Assembly (NCBI GenBank): GCA_963663225.1 | Contig: OY760142.1 | Location: 1,760,001-1,824,000, forward strand | Direction of reading: 5' to 3' | Length of the DNA stretch: 64,000 nt | Origin: Nitrospirota bacterium | GTDB taxonomy: Bacteria > Nitrospirota > UBA9217 | Shown: piece after piece, positions 9,173 to 18,744 of the stretch | Layout of the letters: each line of letters opens with the position of its first letter | Position numbering within the stretch: the stretch's first letter is position 1 | Made by a program: the position numbers and the translations under genes | The notes under the pieces: model-generated | Seen by the model: only the letters and a program-made list of their open reading frames with translations | The model's database searches: none | Told to the model about the DNA's origin: nothing

Positions 9173-12100
9173 TTAGTTCAGCGTAAAATAAATAGTTGCT
9201 CCTTTTCCCGGTTCTCCTTCCGCCCACACGGATCCTCCATGGCGTCTGACGACCCGCTCCACGATGGCCAGGCCGATGCCTGTTCCTTCGAATTCCTGTT
9301 CTGTGTGGAGCCGATGGAAAGGAAGAAATATTTTATCAATAAAACGGGGATCAAATCCTGCGCCGTTGTCTTTTACAAAAAAGACGGTTTCTCCATCCTG
9401 ATCGAATGCATTAAATTCAATCCTGGCGCCCTGTGTTTTTGAAGTGAATTTCCAGGCATTTTGAAGAAGATTGGTAAGCGCCAGTTTTGTCAGCCGCCCG
9501 TCCGCGACGGCGCGCAAATTTTCGGCGATGTGGGTCTCGGTTCTCCGTTCCGGACAGGCTTCCTGCAATTCAGAGAATATGGTTTTTGCCATGGCTGTCA
9601 AGTCAATAGCAGTCCTGACCACTTGCTGCCGTGATATCCTGGAGAGATGCAGGAGATCTTCAATCAACCTGCTCATTTTTTCAGATCCTCTGAATATCCG
9701 GTTCAGATGGCCGACGCCCTGCGGGTCGAATTTGTCTTTATAATCCTCGAGCAAAATTTCCACGAATCCGGATATGGTGCGAAGGGGGGCGCGCAGATCA
9801 TGGGACACGGAATAAATGAAGGCCTCGAGTTCGTTATTCACCGCCAGCAATTCATCGCTTTGCAGCCTGAGAGCTTGCGCGTCTTTTACGCGTGTTATTG
9901 CCACCGCCACCTGGTCGGCCACCGCCTTCATGAGAGACAGATCGTCTTTGGTAAAGGTCTCTTTCGTTCGGGAGCCGAAGGAAAGCGTTCCGATTGTTTT
10001 ACCACCTGCACCAATCAGGGGGTGGCAGGCATAGGCCGTGATACCGTATGAGCGGACCAATGTCACGCGGCTGTCTGTGGAGTCGGTAATGTGTTCCGAC
10101 ACGACAGGAGAGCTTTTTTGAGCGACGAAGCCGCATATTGCGGTGCCGGAATCGAGCCATGTTGCCCGGCGGGCTTCCTCTGCCGGTATTCCTGCGTAGG
10201 CATTCAGGTAGAGACGGTCTGTGTGCTCGTCCACTAGGTAATTGAAGAAAACATGACACTCCAGATGGTCCATTACCTTCCGGCAGAGAGACTCTACGAT
10301 TTTCTGCGGTTCAAGGGCCACCAGCAGTTCACCAGCTGTGCTGGACATCAACTCAAAGCGCTGCAGACTATGCTGGATGGCGGCCTCGGCATGTTTGCGC
10401 TCGCTGATGTCGTGAATGATTGAAAAAAGAAGGGTCCTGTTCCGGGTTTTAAAGGGAGTAGAGTATACTTCCACCCAACGGGCATTTCCATCAGCGAGGC
10501 GATGCTGAAATATGAAGTGATTTTTTTGCTCCTGTGCGGCTTTGTTCCGCTCCGTGGACACTTCATCAGCGGGCAGCAGGTTAATGTCCTGAATATGCAT
10601 CGTGCAGAGCTTTTCGCGGGGATATCCGTAATACTCGACCGCGGACGAGTTTGCTTCCACGACGGAGCCGGTTTCGGGGTCAACCAGCAGCATAACGGCC
10701 CGATGCCTCTCGAACATGTTCCGGAACCGTTCTTCGCTTTCCCTCAGGCCTTCTTCAGCGCGTCTGCGCTCGGTGACATCAAGGACCTGGGACATGACCG
10801 AGGACATTTTTCCTTCCGCGTTCAGGAGAACCGAATTGTACCACTCGCAGTAGATGATCTGGCCGTTTTTGGTATAGTTTCGGTTGGTGGAAACGACCCT
10901 GCGCGACACCCCATCGGTGAGCTTTCCCATTGTCTGTTTGACTATCGGAACATCCTCTTCATAGACTATATTCAGATTCATGATCGGTTTTCCGATTGTC
11001 TCGGCTGCGCTCCATCCAAAGATACTTTCCGCGTCGCCGGCCCAGCGCGTAACGACGAAGTTCTCATCCCACTCGACAATGGCCAGAGGCGAGTTTTCCG
11101 TATGCAGGCGCAGGCGTTCCTCGCTTGATTTCAATGAAGACATCAAGGCGTCCCGTTCTGCGAGAGATCGGGCAAGTTTGATGTTGCTGTAACTCAACTG
11201 GGAGACAATATCCGCGAGTTTCAGCAAGAAGGCCATCCCCGTATCCACGGTTTGCCTGCTGAGGCGCGGGACTGCGTCCAATGCAGTAATATATTCTGTT
11301 TCATCGAAACCGTGCTGTCGTGCCTGGATCCGGAAAAAATCGTAATCCGGCAGCGGTTCGTCTGCAAAGAAAAATTGTCCTGTGAAGAGATGGCCAAGAC
11401 GCTTGCCGCCGACGGCAATAGGGGTCGCTATGTTCCACATATTGTTTCTGCACTTGTAAAGCCTGAATTTACCCGAAGGGATGTCCGCGGTAAGGAGCGT
11501 GTCGCTCTCCATGCACTGCCTGCCTGTCTCAGGGTGGATGCGATGGAACCGCGCGCAGATGTCCTGCCATCCCACATTGACCAGGACATTCCCGTTCAGG
11601 TCGGTTATCGTCATGGGAATGCCTACCAGTTTATAAAAATCATCCATGAGGGACTGAATCTCGCGCGTATTGATGATATCGGCGAGGTCCAGTTTGCCGA
11701 CGTCCCCTTCCGGAGCAAGAATGCTGTTCAGCTTCTGGCTGATGCGCTGCTCGCTTTCGCGGAGCGCTTCTTCGGCCCGCTTGCGTTTTGTGATGTCATA
11801 GGCATAAATGCGGAAGGCGTTGAACCGGGGAACCAGCTGGATTGTAGCCCCAAACATCATGTTCTGTATGGTAAGCTCACGGTAAAGAGCCGTTTCCTTG
11901 TTGTTTTTGAGCTCCGCCAGGATATCCTGCACATCGGGCGGCAGAAAAAGAGCGGCCGCATCCGCGTCCAGGCCGAGGCTGCGAAGGACCGTTTGAACAG
12001 CGGGATTAGAGAAAATTATTTTGCCGGAGAAATCTACTTCAATTATGGGATTGGGGTTCAACTGCGGAAACGAAGCCAGATGCCGTGTGCGGCTCACTGC

Positions 12101-12709
12101 TTTATTGCGTTCGGTAATGTCATGCGCCAGATGCACCGAGCCGGTCAATCGGCCCTGTTCGTCGAATAACGGCGCTGTGCTGACCAGAAGATCGCTGTTG
12201 ATGCGGCTCTCATGCACTTCCTGAACATGCGGCAGGTTGTCTTGCACGGTGTGGGAATGTGGACAGAAAAAGGGCGGTGTCTTGGTGCCATGCACAACCT
12301 CATAGCAGTGCAGGCCAACGCACTGCTCGGGGGCAAGGCCGAGTCGCTCTGCCATGGCCCTATTTATTCTCCGGATACGATGCTGAGTGTCGATGATTGC
12401 GAGCATGTCCGGAATGCTGTCAAATGTCCGTTCCCAGTCCTTCTGCGCGTGAAGCAGTTTGTCCTGGGCGATCTTGAGTTCTGCAACGAGCTTCTTATTT
12501 CGAGACAGAAGCTTTTTGTGGGATGCTTCCCGCTCGTTGGTATCGGATCTTCTCGGCTTCCTGTGACGGTCTTCGGGACGCTCCTCCGGCCTCGCCGTAT
12601 CAGTTTTGGTTTGATGCGCTGTGGCCGATGACTGTTTCTGCGTGCAAGCGACGTCTGAATTCACGGACTTGTGCCGTGCTTTTGCTTTTGGTTCTGTTTT
12701 CGAGGTCAT
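9173..12709 (-). CDS. Cytoplasmic multi-sensor histidine kinase (PAS, PAS-like, PocR, PAS, PAS, GAF, HisKA, HATPase)
   Basis: PAS ends at HDITER/DITKRK/DVTERR/DISERK. PocR GWQDICARFHR..YKCRNNMW. SVSHDLRAPL, NLLQNAWKF, DNGAGF, GTGIGLA. No TM helix seen. Confidence 0.9.
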   Translation of the reverse strand: MTSKTEPKAKARHKSVNSDVACTQKQSSATAHQTKTDTARPEERPEDRHRKPRRSDTNEREASHKKLLSRNKKLVAELKIAQDKLLHAQKDWERTFDSIPDMLAIIDTQHRIRRINRAMAERLGLAPEQCVGLHCYEVVHGTKTPPFFCPHSHTVQDNLPHVQEVHESRINSDLLVSTAPLFDEQGRLTGSVHLAHDITERNKAVSRTRHLASFPQLNPNPIIEVDFSGKIIFSNPAVQTVLRSLGLDADAAALFLPPDVQDILAELKNNKETALYRELTIQNMMFGATIQLVPRFNAFRIYAYDITKRKRAEEALRESEQRISQKLNSILAPEGDVGKLDLADIINTREIQSLMDDFYKLVGIPMTITDLNGNVLVNVGWQDICARFHRIHPETGRQCMESDTLLTADIPSGKFRLYKCRNNMWNIATPIAVGGKRLGHLFTGQFFFADEPLPDYDFFRIQARQHGFDETEYITALDAVPRLSRQTVDTGMAFLLKLADIVSQLSYSNIKLARSLAERDALMSSLKSSEERLRLHTENSPLAIVEWDENFVVTRWAGDAESIFGWSAAETIGKPIMNLNIVYEEDVPIVKQTMGKLTDGVSRRVVSTNRNYTKNGQIIYCEWYNSVLLNAEGKMSSVMSQVLDVTERRRAEEGLRESEERFRNMFERHRAVMLLVDPETGSVVEANSSAVEYYGYPREKLCTMHIQDINLLPADEVSTERNKAAQEQKNHFIFQHRLADGNARWVEVYSTPFKTRNRTLLFSIIHDISERKHAEAAIQHSLQRFELMSSTAGELLVALEPQKIVESLCRKVMDHLECHVFFNYLVDEHTDRLYLNAYAGIPAEEARRATWLDSGTAICGFVAQKSSPVVSEHITDSTDSRVTLVRSYGITAYACHPLIGAGGKTIGTLSFGSRTKETFTKDDLSLMKAVADQVAVAITRVKDAQALRLQSDELLAVNNELEAFIYSVSHDLRAPLRTISGFVEILLEDYKDKFDPQGVGHLNRIFRGSEKMSRLIEDLLHLSRISRQQVVRTAIDLTAMAKTIFSELQEACPERRTETHIAENLRAVADGRLTKLALTNLLQNAWKFTSKTQGARIEFNAFDQDGETVFFVKDNGAGFDPRFIDKIFLPFHRLHTEQEFEGTGIGLAIVERVVRRHGGSVWAEGEPGKGATIYFTLN

Positions 12710-12949
12710 ACATCCCTGGGCCGTGAAAATAAAGCGTCTGACGCATACGTCAACAACGTCGGGTGCCCGGCCGACTAGTTACGGTAACTGCAGGACCAAG
12801 TATAGCATCAATATGCCTCTTCGGGGAAGATTTCTTGCAGCTTTTTATGCTTTTTTCTGGTAAGAAAAGGCTTGCGCAGCGAAAAAATTTTCACCACGCA
12901 AGCCTCATATCATACGCACTACCCGCCGTGCAGTTTAAAACGGACGCAT

Positions 12950-13957
12950 CTAAGCGGTTATACTGAATGATGATGCGCCTGAAAATTGTATTTTCAGAAA
13001 ATCAAACATATCAGACAGTTGCTCAGTGTTGGTGTTCACCGCATATGCAGACATGGCGCTTTGCATTTGAGGCGGTGGTGGCGGAGAATTTTCCTGCATC
13101 AATTTTTCGAAATCAGTTTCGCTCATCGTGCCGTCGCTATTGGAAGCATACTGCGCAAACAGGCTGCTTACAGCGGAAGAGGTGCTGGTGTCCGACGAAG
13201 ATGTGCCTGCATCAGTTGAAGTGGTGTCGTTGCTCGTCAGCAGACTTTTTAAATAAGCAGTCATCTCAGAAGAGCTGACTTCACCATCGCCATTGGTATC
13301 GATACTGTTGAACAGATCATCCATCACCTGGGTTGTTACCTGGTTCGTATCGCCGGATCCGTTCGAAGGCGGCGGGGGTGGCGGCGGAGAATTTTCCTGT
13401 ATCAATTTTTCGAAATCAGCTTCGTTCATCGTGCCGTCGCTATTGGAAGCATACTGCGCAAACAGGCTGCTTATAGCGGAAGAGGCGCTGGTGTCTGACG
13501 AAGATGTGCCTGCATCAGTTGAAGTGGTGTCGTTGCTCGTTGACAGACTTTTTAAGTAGGCAGTCATCTCAGAAGAGCTGACTTCACCATCGCCATTGCT
13601 GTCAATACTGTTAAACATGCTGTCCACGGCTTGCTGCATACCCATCTGGCTCATGGCTCCTGCGGATGTATCTGCAGGCGGCGATGCATTTTCTTTCATA
13701 AACTTGTCGAGTTCATCCTTGCTGAGGGTGCCGTCATTATTGGCATCGTAGGTGGTGAACACAGAGTCTGCATCAATAGAAGAGCTTGAGTCTGTAGACA
13801 ATTTTTTCGCGAGTGCGGAAAATTCCGTTTTGTCGATTGTACCGCTGCTGTCGTTGTCCACTTTGCTGAACAATTCATCTTTCCGTTGCTGTTGTTGAGT
13901 CGTCTGCAATAACATTTGGAGCAGATAACTGCTCGTACTGCTTACGCTGCTTACCAT
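12950..13957 (-). CDS. Multi-EF-hand calcium-binding protein, Ser/Thr/Pro-rich, no Sec signal
   Basis: EF loops DNDSSGTIDKTE, DANNDGTLSKDE, DSNGDGEVSSSE, DTNGDGEVSSSE. ATG at 13957 preceded by AAGGAGGT. Confidence 0.85.
   Translation of the reverse strand: MVSSVSSTSSYLLQMLLQTTQQQQRKDELFSKVDNDSSGTIDKTEFSALAKKLSTDSSSSIDADSVFTTYDANNDGTLSKDELDKFMKENASPPADTSAGAMSQMGMQQAVDSMFNSIDSNGDGEVSSSEMTAYLKSLSTSNDTTSTDAGTSSSDTSASSAISSLFAQYASNSDGTMNEADFEKLIQENSPPPPPPPSNGSGDTNQVTTQVMDDLFNSIDTNGDGEVSSSEMTAYLKSLLTSNDTTSTDAGTSSSDTSTSSAVSSLFAQYASNSDGTMSETDFEKLMQENSPPPPPQMQSAMSAYAVNTNTEQLSDMFDFLKIQFSGASSFSITA
13070..13618. repeat. Intragenic tandem duplication, period 303 bp (101 aa)
   Basis: About 13070-13315 and 13373-13618 are near-identical. 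gcggagaatt occurs at 13081 and 13384. Confidence 0.9.
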
Positions 13958-14060
13958 AATTACCTCCTTGGTAATAGAGTGACTTTCATTGCATGCCTGA
14001 AGGTAAAACTTTTCAGTGCCTAGAACATCATCACTCACCTCCTTCCTGCATCTCGTATCG

Positions 14061-14116
14061 GCAGGATTCCGCAGGAATATGTAGGATTTTTGTAGTGAAA
14101 ATGTGATTATTTGTAG
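14061..14116 (-). promoter_or_regulatory. TACA direct-repeat array (RstA-box-like) upstream of the EF-hand gene
   Basis: Minus strand reads TACA-aataat-CACA-ttttcac-TACA-aaaatcc-TACA, with a 10-11 bp period. Confidence 0.55.
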
Positions 14117-14148
14117 CATCCTTTCCGGCCTGGCAGGTACTCTTCGAA

Positions 14149-14865
14149 TTATTCATCTTTTTGGGCCCCCATAAACAAATAACCGGCACCTCGAACGGTT
14201 TTTAGATACCGTGGTTCCTCGAGATTGTCGTCTATTTTTTGCCGAATTCTGGAAATATATATATCAATGGAGCGGTCGTAGCCATTGTGTTCAGAATTGT
14301 AGAGGGTCAGATGGACATCGTTGCGACTGACGACTCTCCCCGCGTTTTTTGCCAAATAGCTGAATATGTCAAATTCGATGGAAGTCAACAATATTCTTTT
14401 TCCTTTGATGATTACGTCTCGCCTACTCAGATCTACGGTGAGACCATCAAACAGAAGCTGGTTTTTTTTATCTCTGTTTTCCCGATCAAAGCGTGCTAGG
14501 AGGGTGCTCAGCCTGGCTAGGAGTAGAATAGGGTTAAAAGGTTTCGCAATGAAGTCATCGGCTCCGTTAAAAAGGCTCTGAATATGATGCATATCGGTGT
14601 GGTTATTGGAGAGGATTACAATCGGACCGGGAAAATTTGAACGAATATCTTTACTTTTTTCGAGCGCCCATGTGTCTGATAAAGTTTCATCCAGGATCAC
14701 CAGATCAGGTGCGTCATTTTCAAATAGTAATTGCAGGTTTTGGCTGCCGGTTCCAAAGGTGATACGAAAACCTTGCTTGTTAAGAACTTTGATTAAAGCA
14801 GAGGATGAACTGCTGTTATCCGCGACAAGAAGTATTTTTTTTTGAAACGTGAGTGAACCGCTCAT
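14149..14865 (-). CDS. OmpR-family response regulator, RstA-like, with an atypical receiver and no adjacent kinase
   Basis: Winged helix LTSIEFDI..DRSIDIYISRIRQKIDDNLEEPRYLKTVRGAGYLF. Receiver LLVADN..LVILDETLSDTWAL..GADDFIAKPF. Confidence 0.85.
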   Translation of the reverse strand: MSGSLTFQKKILLVADNSSSSSALIKVLNKQGFRITFGTGSQNLQLLFENDAPDLVILDETLSDTWALEKSKDIRSNFPGPIVILSNNHTDMHHIQSLFNGADDFIAKPFNPILLLARLSTLLARFDRENRDKKNQLLFDGLTVDLSRRDVIIKGKRILLTSIEFDIFSYLAKNAGRVVSRNDVHLTLYNSEHNGYDRSIDIYISRIRQKIDDNLEEPRYLKTVRGAGYLFMGAQKDE

Positions 14866-14975
14866 GATAGTATCCTGCTCTTATCAGATGCGCTTTTAGT
14901 AATGATTATTTCACAGAACCTGCATTACTGCGTTTGATCTTTCTTTGCACGTATCTGTGGGCTGCTATCTGATAA

Positions 14976-14991
14976 AGCAAGAGAAATGCCA
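14976..14991 (-). promoter_or_regulatory. Sigma54 (-24/-12) promoter
   Basis: Minus strand TGGCAT-TTCTC-TTGCT matches TGGCAC-N5-TTGCW, ~110 bp upstream of the response regulator start. Confidence 0.75.
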
Positions 14992-15038
14992 CCAATTCGC
15001 GATTGGAAACAAATTATGCTGATTTATTGTTTAATAAG

Positions 15039-15251
15039 TTACATTCTATAATCTGAAACTTGCTTCCTTTTTTTTCTTTTATCCTCAAATATGTCCACTG
15101 CCTGTTTCAGCAGCTGTGATTTCCAGTTTTTAATCTGATTTGGATGCAGTTCATATTGTGTCGCCAGCTCAACCAAGTTTTTCTTGCCACGAAGCAATTC
15201 CACAACTACTTTAGCTTTGAATTCTCCGAGATATGTTTTGCGTGTTTTCAT
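15039..15251 (-). mobile_element. Solo IS3-family OrfA-like helix-turn-helix ORF (70 aa), with no OrfB
   Basis: MKTRKTYLGEFKAKVVVELLRGKKNLVELATQYELHPNQIKNWKSQLL is a typical HTH_Tnp_1 pattern. GGAGG RBS. No DDE ORF follows. Confidence 0.7.
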
Positions 15252-15765
15252 GAATTTTGTTACCTCCGTATTTTTTTTCGCGGGATGCCGCAGCTGACTA
15301 AACAGGGTTTTGGCTGCTCGAACAGGACCCGGGTTTCTATTCCTCGCAGGCGTAACGTATCGGCTCTGCAAAGGAAACCATTTTTTTAGCTGGCGCTCAT
15401 TCACCAATGTATTTTTTTACTTAGAGCAATGGGAAAAAAATTCCTAGTGTGCATATTTTTCTTTCTGGCATAAATTTAGAAACTGGCAAGCTAAAGAAAG
15501 ATATTTACATTTCAGTCCGTAACTAGCTGGTAATGTACATTTCCGTATGTACCCGATACTCTTTGCAGTCGTGTATTTGTCGGTCTCGTCATAGGTACGC
15601 GCCCTTTGAGTTTCTGCCTATTTTTATCAGCGGATTTTTTGTATCTCGAAATTTGCTCTTACGGAAACTCTTATCAAAACTATGACCCGCATTTCAGAAA
15701 TCGCCTGTCCTGCTGTGATGCTGTAGATCAACAACGTGCTATCCTGCCGAGGTCGTTTATCGCGT

Positions 15766-15984
15766 CTAAACTGATAAACCGTCCTCGGACGACAGTAAAT
15801 GAACGGCGATCGTGGAACCACACCGACAGTTTCTAAGCTCCAGGTCATCGCAAATACGTTTTCCTGTATTGTCTCTTCCCGGCAAAACAGCAGCAACAGA
15901 CAATGACTGCCATTCGATTGCCGACTGATACAGAGCGCCACAATGACATGTCTTGGGGAAACTGTTTGCGTGATAATAGTTCAT
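15766..15984 (-). CDS. Small Cys-rich (zinc-ribbon-like) hypothetical protein
   Basis: FPKTCHCG...LELRNCRCGSTI. ATG at 15984 with AAGGAGGT RBS. Confidence 0.65.
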   Translation of the reverse strand: MNYYHANSFPKTCHCGALYQSAIEWQSLSVAAVLPGRDNTGKRICDDLELRNCRCGSTIAVHLLSSEDGLSV

Positions 15985-16045
15985 GATTAAGACCTCCTTT
16001 CTGTGGCCTTTCCACAGTCTGCACGATATGGGTTTTTGGGGATTT

Positions 16046-16861
16046 TCAGCGTTCATCACTCATAATCTGTATCTTGAAATTATAGGGGGTAATAGCCCTA
16101 TTGATTTCAATTGGAATAAAGAGATTAAATGTTTTTCCCCGTAATCCGGACGTGCTGACCTCTTCTTGGCCAAACAGGGGTTTCACTTCATACTTCCCTG
16201 TTTTGGAAGATACAAATACGTGCTCAATCGGGGTTATAGTTTCCTGAATAGATTCTCCCGGCAGAACTATCTGGTCAGGAATAGGGTTGTTCCTGTCTTG
16301 ATATCGGACGCCGGAATTCATAAGGCGAAAGCGTTGTGTGTGAATGTCCGAGTATCCACCCCGCTCCCAAAGAATTTTCAGGGGATGCTCAGAAAGATTT
16401 TTAAGTCCTACCTGGAACGAAGTTTCGCCTATAGCAACGGAAATTGAAATTGCTTTGTCTCGGAATATCAGATTGCGAGAAGGAATGGGCTTCCGGGAGT
16501 CCAACTCGCTGGAAATTGCGGGTGCGAGAAGACGATATGTTAATTGATGCAAAAAAGCTTTCTCCAGTTTGACCCTGATTGTATCGCCTTCATTAATATG
16601 GCGGAGGACTATGGTTACGGGCTTGTACCTGTCTTTGCTTACTTCCAGGATTTCTTTGCTTGCCCGCGCGGATTCTGTCGCCACATCCGCGGCAATCACG
16701 GCAGGCGAACTGAATTTCTGCTCTTTGTGATCAGGGCCTGAAATAACCCTAATGATCGAGTCCGGCGGATCCGCAATGACTGTAAACGTTTTTGCATACA
16801 TGCTTGCCGGGCACGCTGTTACAAAAAGACTTGCCAGAATAATGAATAGATATTGCTGCAT
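16046..16861 (-). CDS. Hypothetical exported protein
   Basis: Signal peptide. PEGA-like start (VIADPPDSII) and a beta-rich C-terminal domain. Confidence 0.7.
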   Translation of the reverse strand: MQQYLFIILASLFVTACPASMYAKTFTVIADPPDSIIRVISGPDHKEQKFSSPAVIAADVATESARASKEILEVSKDRYKPVTIVLRHINEGDTIRVKLEKAFLHQLTYRLLAPAISSELDSRKPIPSRNLIFRDKAISISVAIGETSFQVGLKNLSEHPLKILWERGGYSDIHTQRFRLMNSGVRYQDRNNPIPDQIVLPGESIQETITPIEHVFVSSKTGKYEVKPLFGQEEVSTSGLRGKTFNLFIPIEINRAITPYNFKIQIMSDER

Positions 16862-16908
16862 GCCAATCTGGCTCCTTAATATATGGGATGCGATGTTTCT
16901 GACAGCTT

Positions 16909-17481
16909 TTATATTGTCGTTACAACAGCGGTGGAAATGACGATCTTTCGAATACTGTTGTTGCCTGCATCCGTAATATAGAGATATGTTCCGTCACTCG
17001 TAACAGCGGAAGGGCTCCGGAATAGCGTATTGGTAGTTCCTGTTCCATCAGTAAATCCGGACGCCCCGGAGGTACTTCCTGCAAAGGTTGAAACCACGCC
17101 TGTGGAAATGATTATTTTCCGGATAACGTTATTGCCCTTGTCGGCGACGTACAGGTTGGTTCCGTCGGAAGCTATGCCGGACGGTGCATTAAAAAGCGCT
17201 GCAGTGCCCGTACCATTGGTGAATCCGGCTGTACCGCTCGTGCTTCCTGCGAAGACCGTGGCAACACCGGTTGAAATTACAACTTTTCGTATGGTGTTGC
17301 TGCCTGTATCTGCAACATAGAGATATGTTCCGTCGGAAATAACGCCGGAGGGATTGTTGAACGTTCCAGCCGAACTGGTACTTGTAGAGTCAGTAGAATC
17401 TGACTCCGTCGATCCTCCACATGACATGAGTGACAAAGCGATTGATAAAACCAGCAGGCAAAATGTAAAAGTTTTTTTCAA
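16909..17481 (-). CDS. NHL-repeat lipoprotein (3 repeats)
   Basis: Lipobox LMSC and Ser/Thr linker. Three F(N/R)xPS..SDGTxLY(V/I)xDxGxNxIRK(V/I) repeats. Confidence 0.85.
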   Translation of the reverse strand: MKKTFTFCLLVLSIALSLMSCGGSTESDSTDSTSTSSAGTFNNPSGVISDGTYLYVADTGSNTIRKVVISTGVATVFAGSTSGTAGFTNGTGTAALFNAPSGIASDGTNLYVADKGNNVIRKIIISTGVVSTFAGSTSGASGFTDGTGTTNTLFRSPSAVTSDGTYLYITDAGNNSIRKIVISTAVVTTI

Positions 17482-17538
17482 GCGGTTTCTCCTTCGGTTA
17501 AAATTTGCATGACCTAAGCAGATATATTCTGATTTGTG

Positions 17539-18744
17539 CTATTCATACCTCAGCGCATCAATAGGGTTAAGCCGCGCTGCCTTGCGAGCCGGAAAATAAC
17601 CGAATAGAATGCCCACAACGGCTGAAAAAAGAAAGGCAACAATGATAATAATTCCGTTGAACTTGAACGGAACCTGCAGCATGGCCGTCAACACAATTGA
17701 AGCTATAACAGCCAGTAAAATCCCGAGAAGGCCGCCCAACGAGGACAGCACGACAGCTTCCACCAGAAACTGGGTTAGCACGTCCCGTTCCAGAGCGCCG
17801 ATGGCAAGCCGAGTGCCTATTTCCCGCGTTCGTTCGGTGACAGAAACCAGCATAATATTCATGATGCCGATGCCGCCGACCAGCAGACTGACCGCTGCCA
17901 CCGCGCTGAGCAAAGCCGTGAGGAGTTGGGTTGTTCCTGTAAGCATTTTGGTTATTTCTTTCAGATCCATGACCGTGAAGTTGTCATCGTCGCTCGGCGC
18001 GAGGTGACGGCGCGCCCGCATCAATGATTCGATGTCTTGCTGTGCTTTTTCTGTCGATGCACCCTGCTGGACCGAAACCTGGATCATTCCAACGTCCTGA
18101 TTTCCCGCAATCCTGCGCTGTAGTGCGCGTAGCGGAATGACGACGATGTCATCCTGATCCATGCCCATGGTATTCTGACCTTTGCTTTCCAGGGTGCCTA
18201 TTACGTCGCATGACAAGGCCTGCAGTCTCATTTTTTCTCCGAGAGGCTGCTGCCCGCCGAAGAGCTTTTGGCGCACTGTTTCACCCATAATGCAAACAGC
18301 GGCTCCACTGCGCAGCTCGCTTTCTGTGAAATATCGGCCCGATTTGACAGCCCTGTTTGTTACGGTAAAATACTGGTTGTTGCTTCCGGTCACCTGGGTT
18401 GTCCAGTTTTGATTGCCGAATATGGCTTTTACTGACTGTGACGCGACCGGTGCTACAGCGGCAATGGAATTAATGTCTCTCGCAATGGCCTCGGCGTCCG
18501 TTTCTTTAAAAGCGATCGTACTGGTTCCGAGTCCGGGACCGAGCCTCTTTCCCGGACTGACCATCAGAACGTTGCTGCCCATGCTGGCAAGCTGCTGCTG
18601 GATCTGGGCAGTGGCACTTTCACCGGTGGTTACCATGGTAATAACGGCTGCAACGCCGATGATAATCCCCAGCATGGTAAGGACGGACCTCATGACGTTC
18701 CGGCGGATTTCTCGAAGGGCAAGTAACAGGGCATTGGTGATCAT
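17539..18744 (-). CDS. MacB/FtsX-type ABC transporter permease
   Basis: RSVLTMLGIIIGVAAVI, SLLVGGIGIMNIMLVSVTERTREIG, PARKAARLNPIDALRYE. Confidence 0.95.
   Translation of the reverse strand: MITNALLLALREIRRNVMRSVLTMLGIIIGVAAVITMVTTGESATAQIQQQLASMGSNVLMVSPGKRLGPGLGTSTIAFKETDAEAIARDINSIAAVAPVASQSVKAIFGNQNWTTQVTGSNNQYFTVTNRAVKSGRYFTESELRSGAAVCIMGETVRQKLFGGQQPLGEKMRLQALSCDVIGTLESKGQNTMGMDQDDIVVIPLRALQRRIAGNQDVGMIQVSVQQGASTEKAQQDIESLMRARRHLAPSDDDNFTVMDLKEITKMLTGTTQLLTALLSAVAAVSLLVGGIGIMNIMLVSVTERTREIGTRLAIGALERDVLTQFLVEAVVLSSLGGLLGILLAVIASIVLTAMLQVPFKFNGIIIIVAFLFSAVVGILFGYFPARKAARLNPIDALRYE

Noticed and set aside
15280-15380. Possible c-di-GMP/GEMM riboswitch upstream of the HTH ORF
   Set aside because: The GAAA-tetraloop P2 stem and the conserved GEMM junction sequences could not be found.
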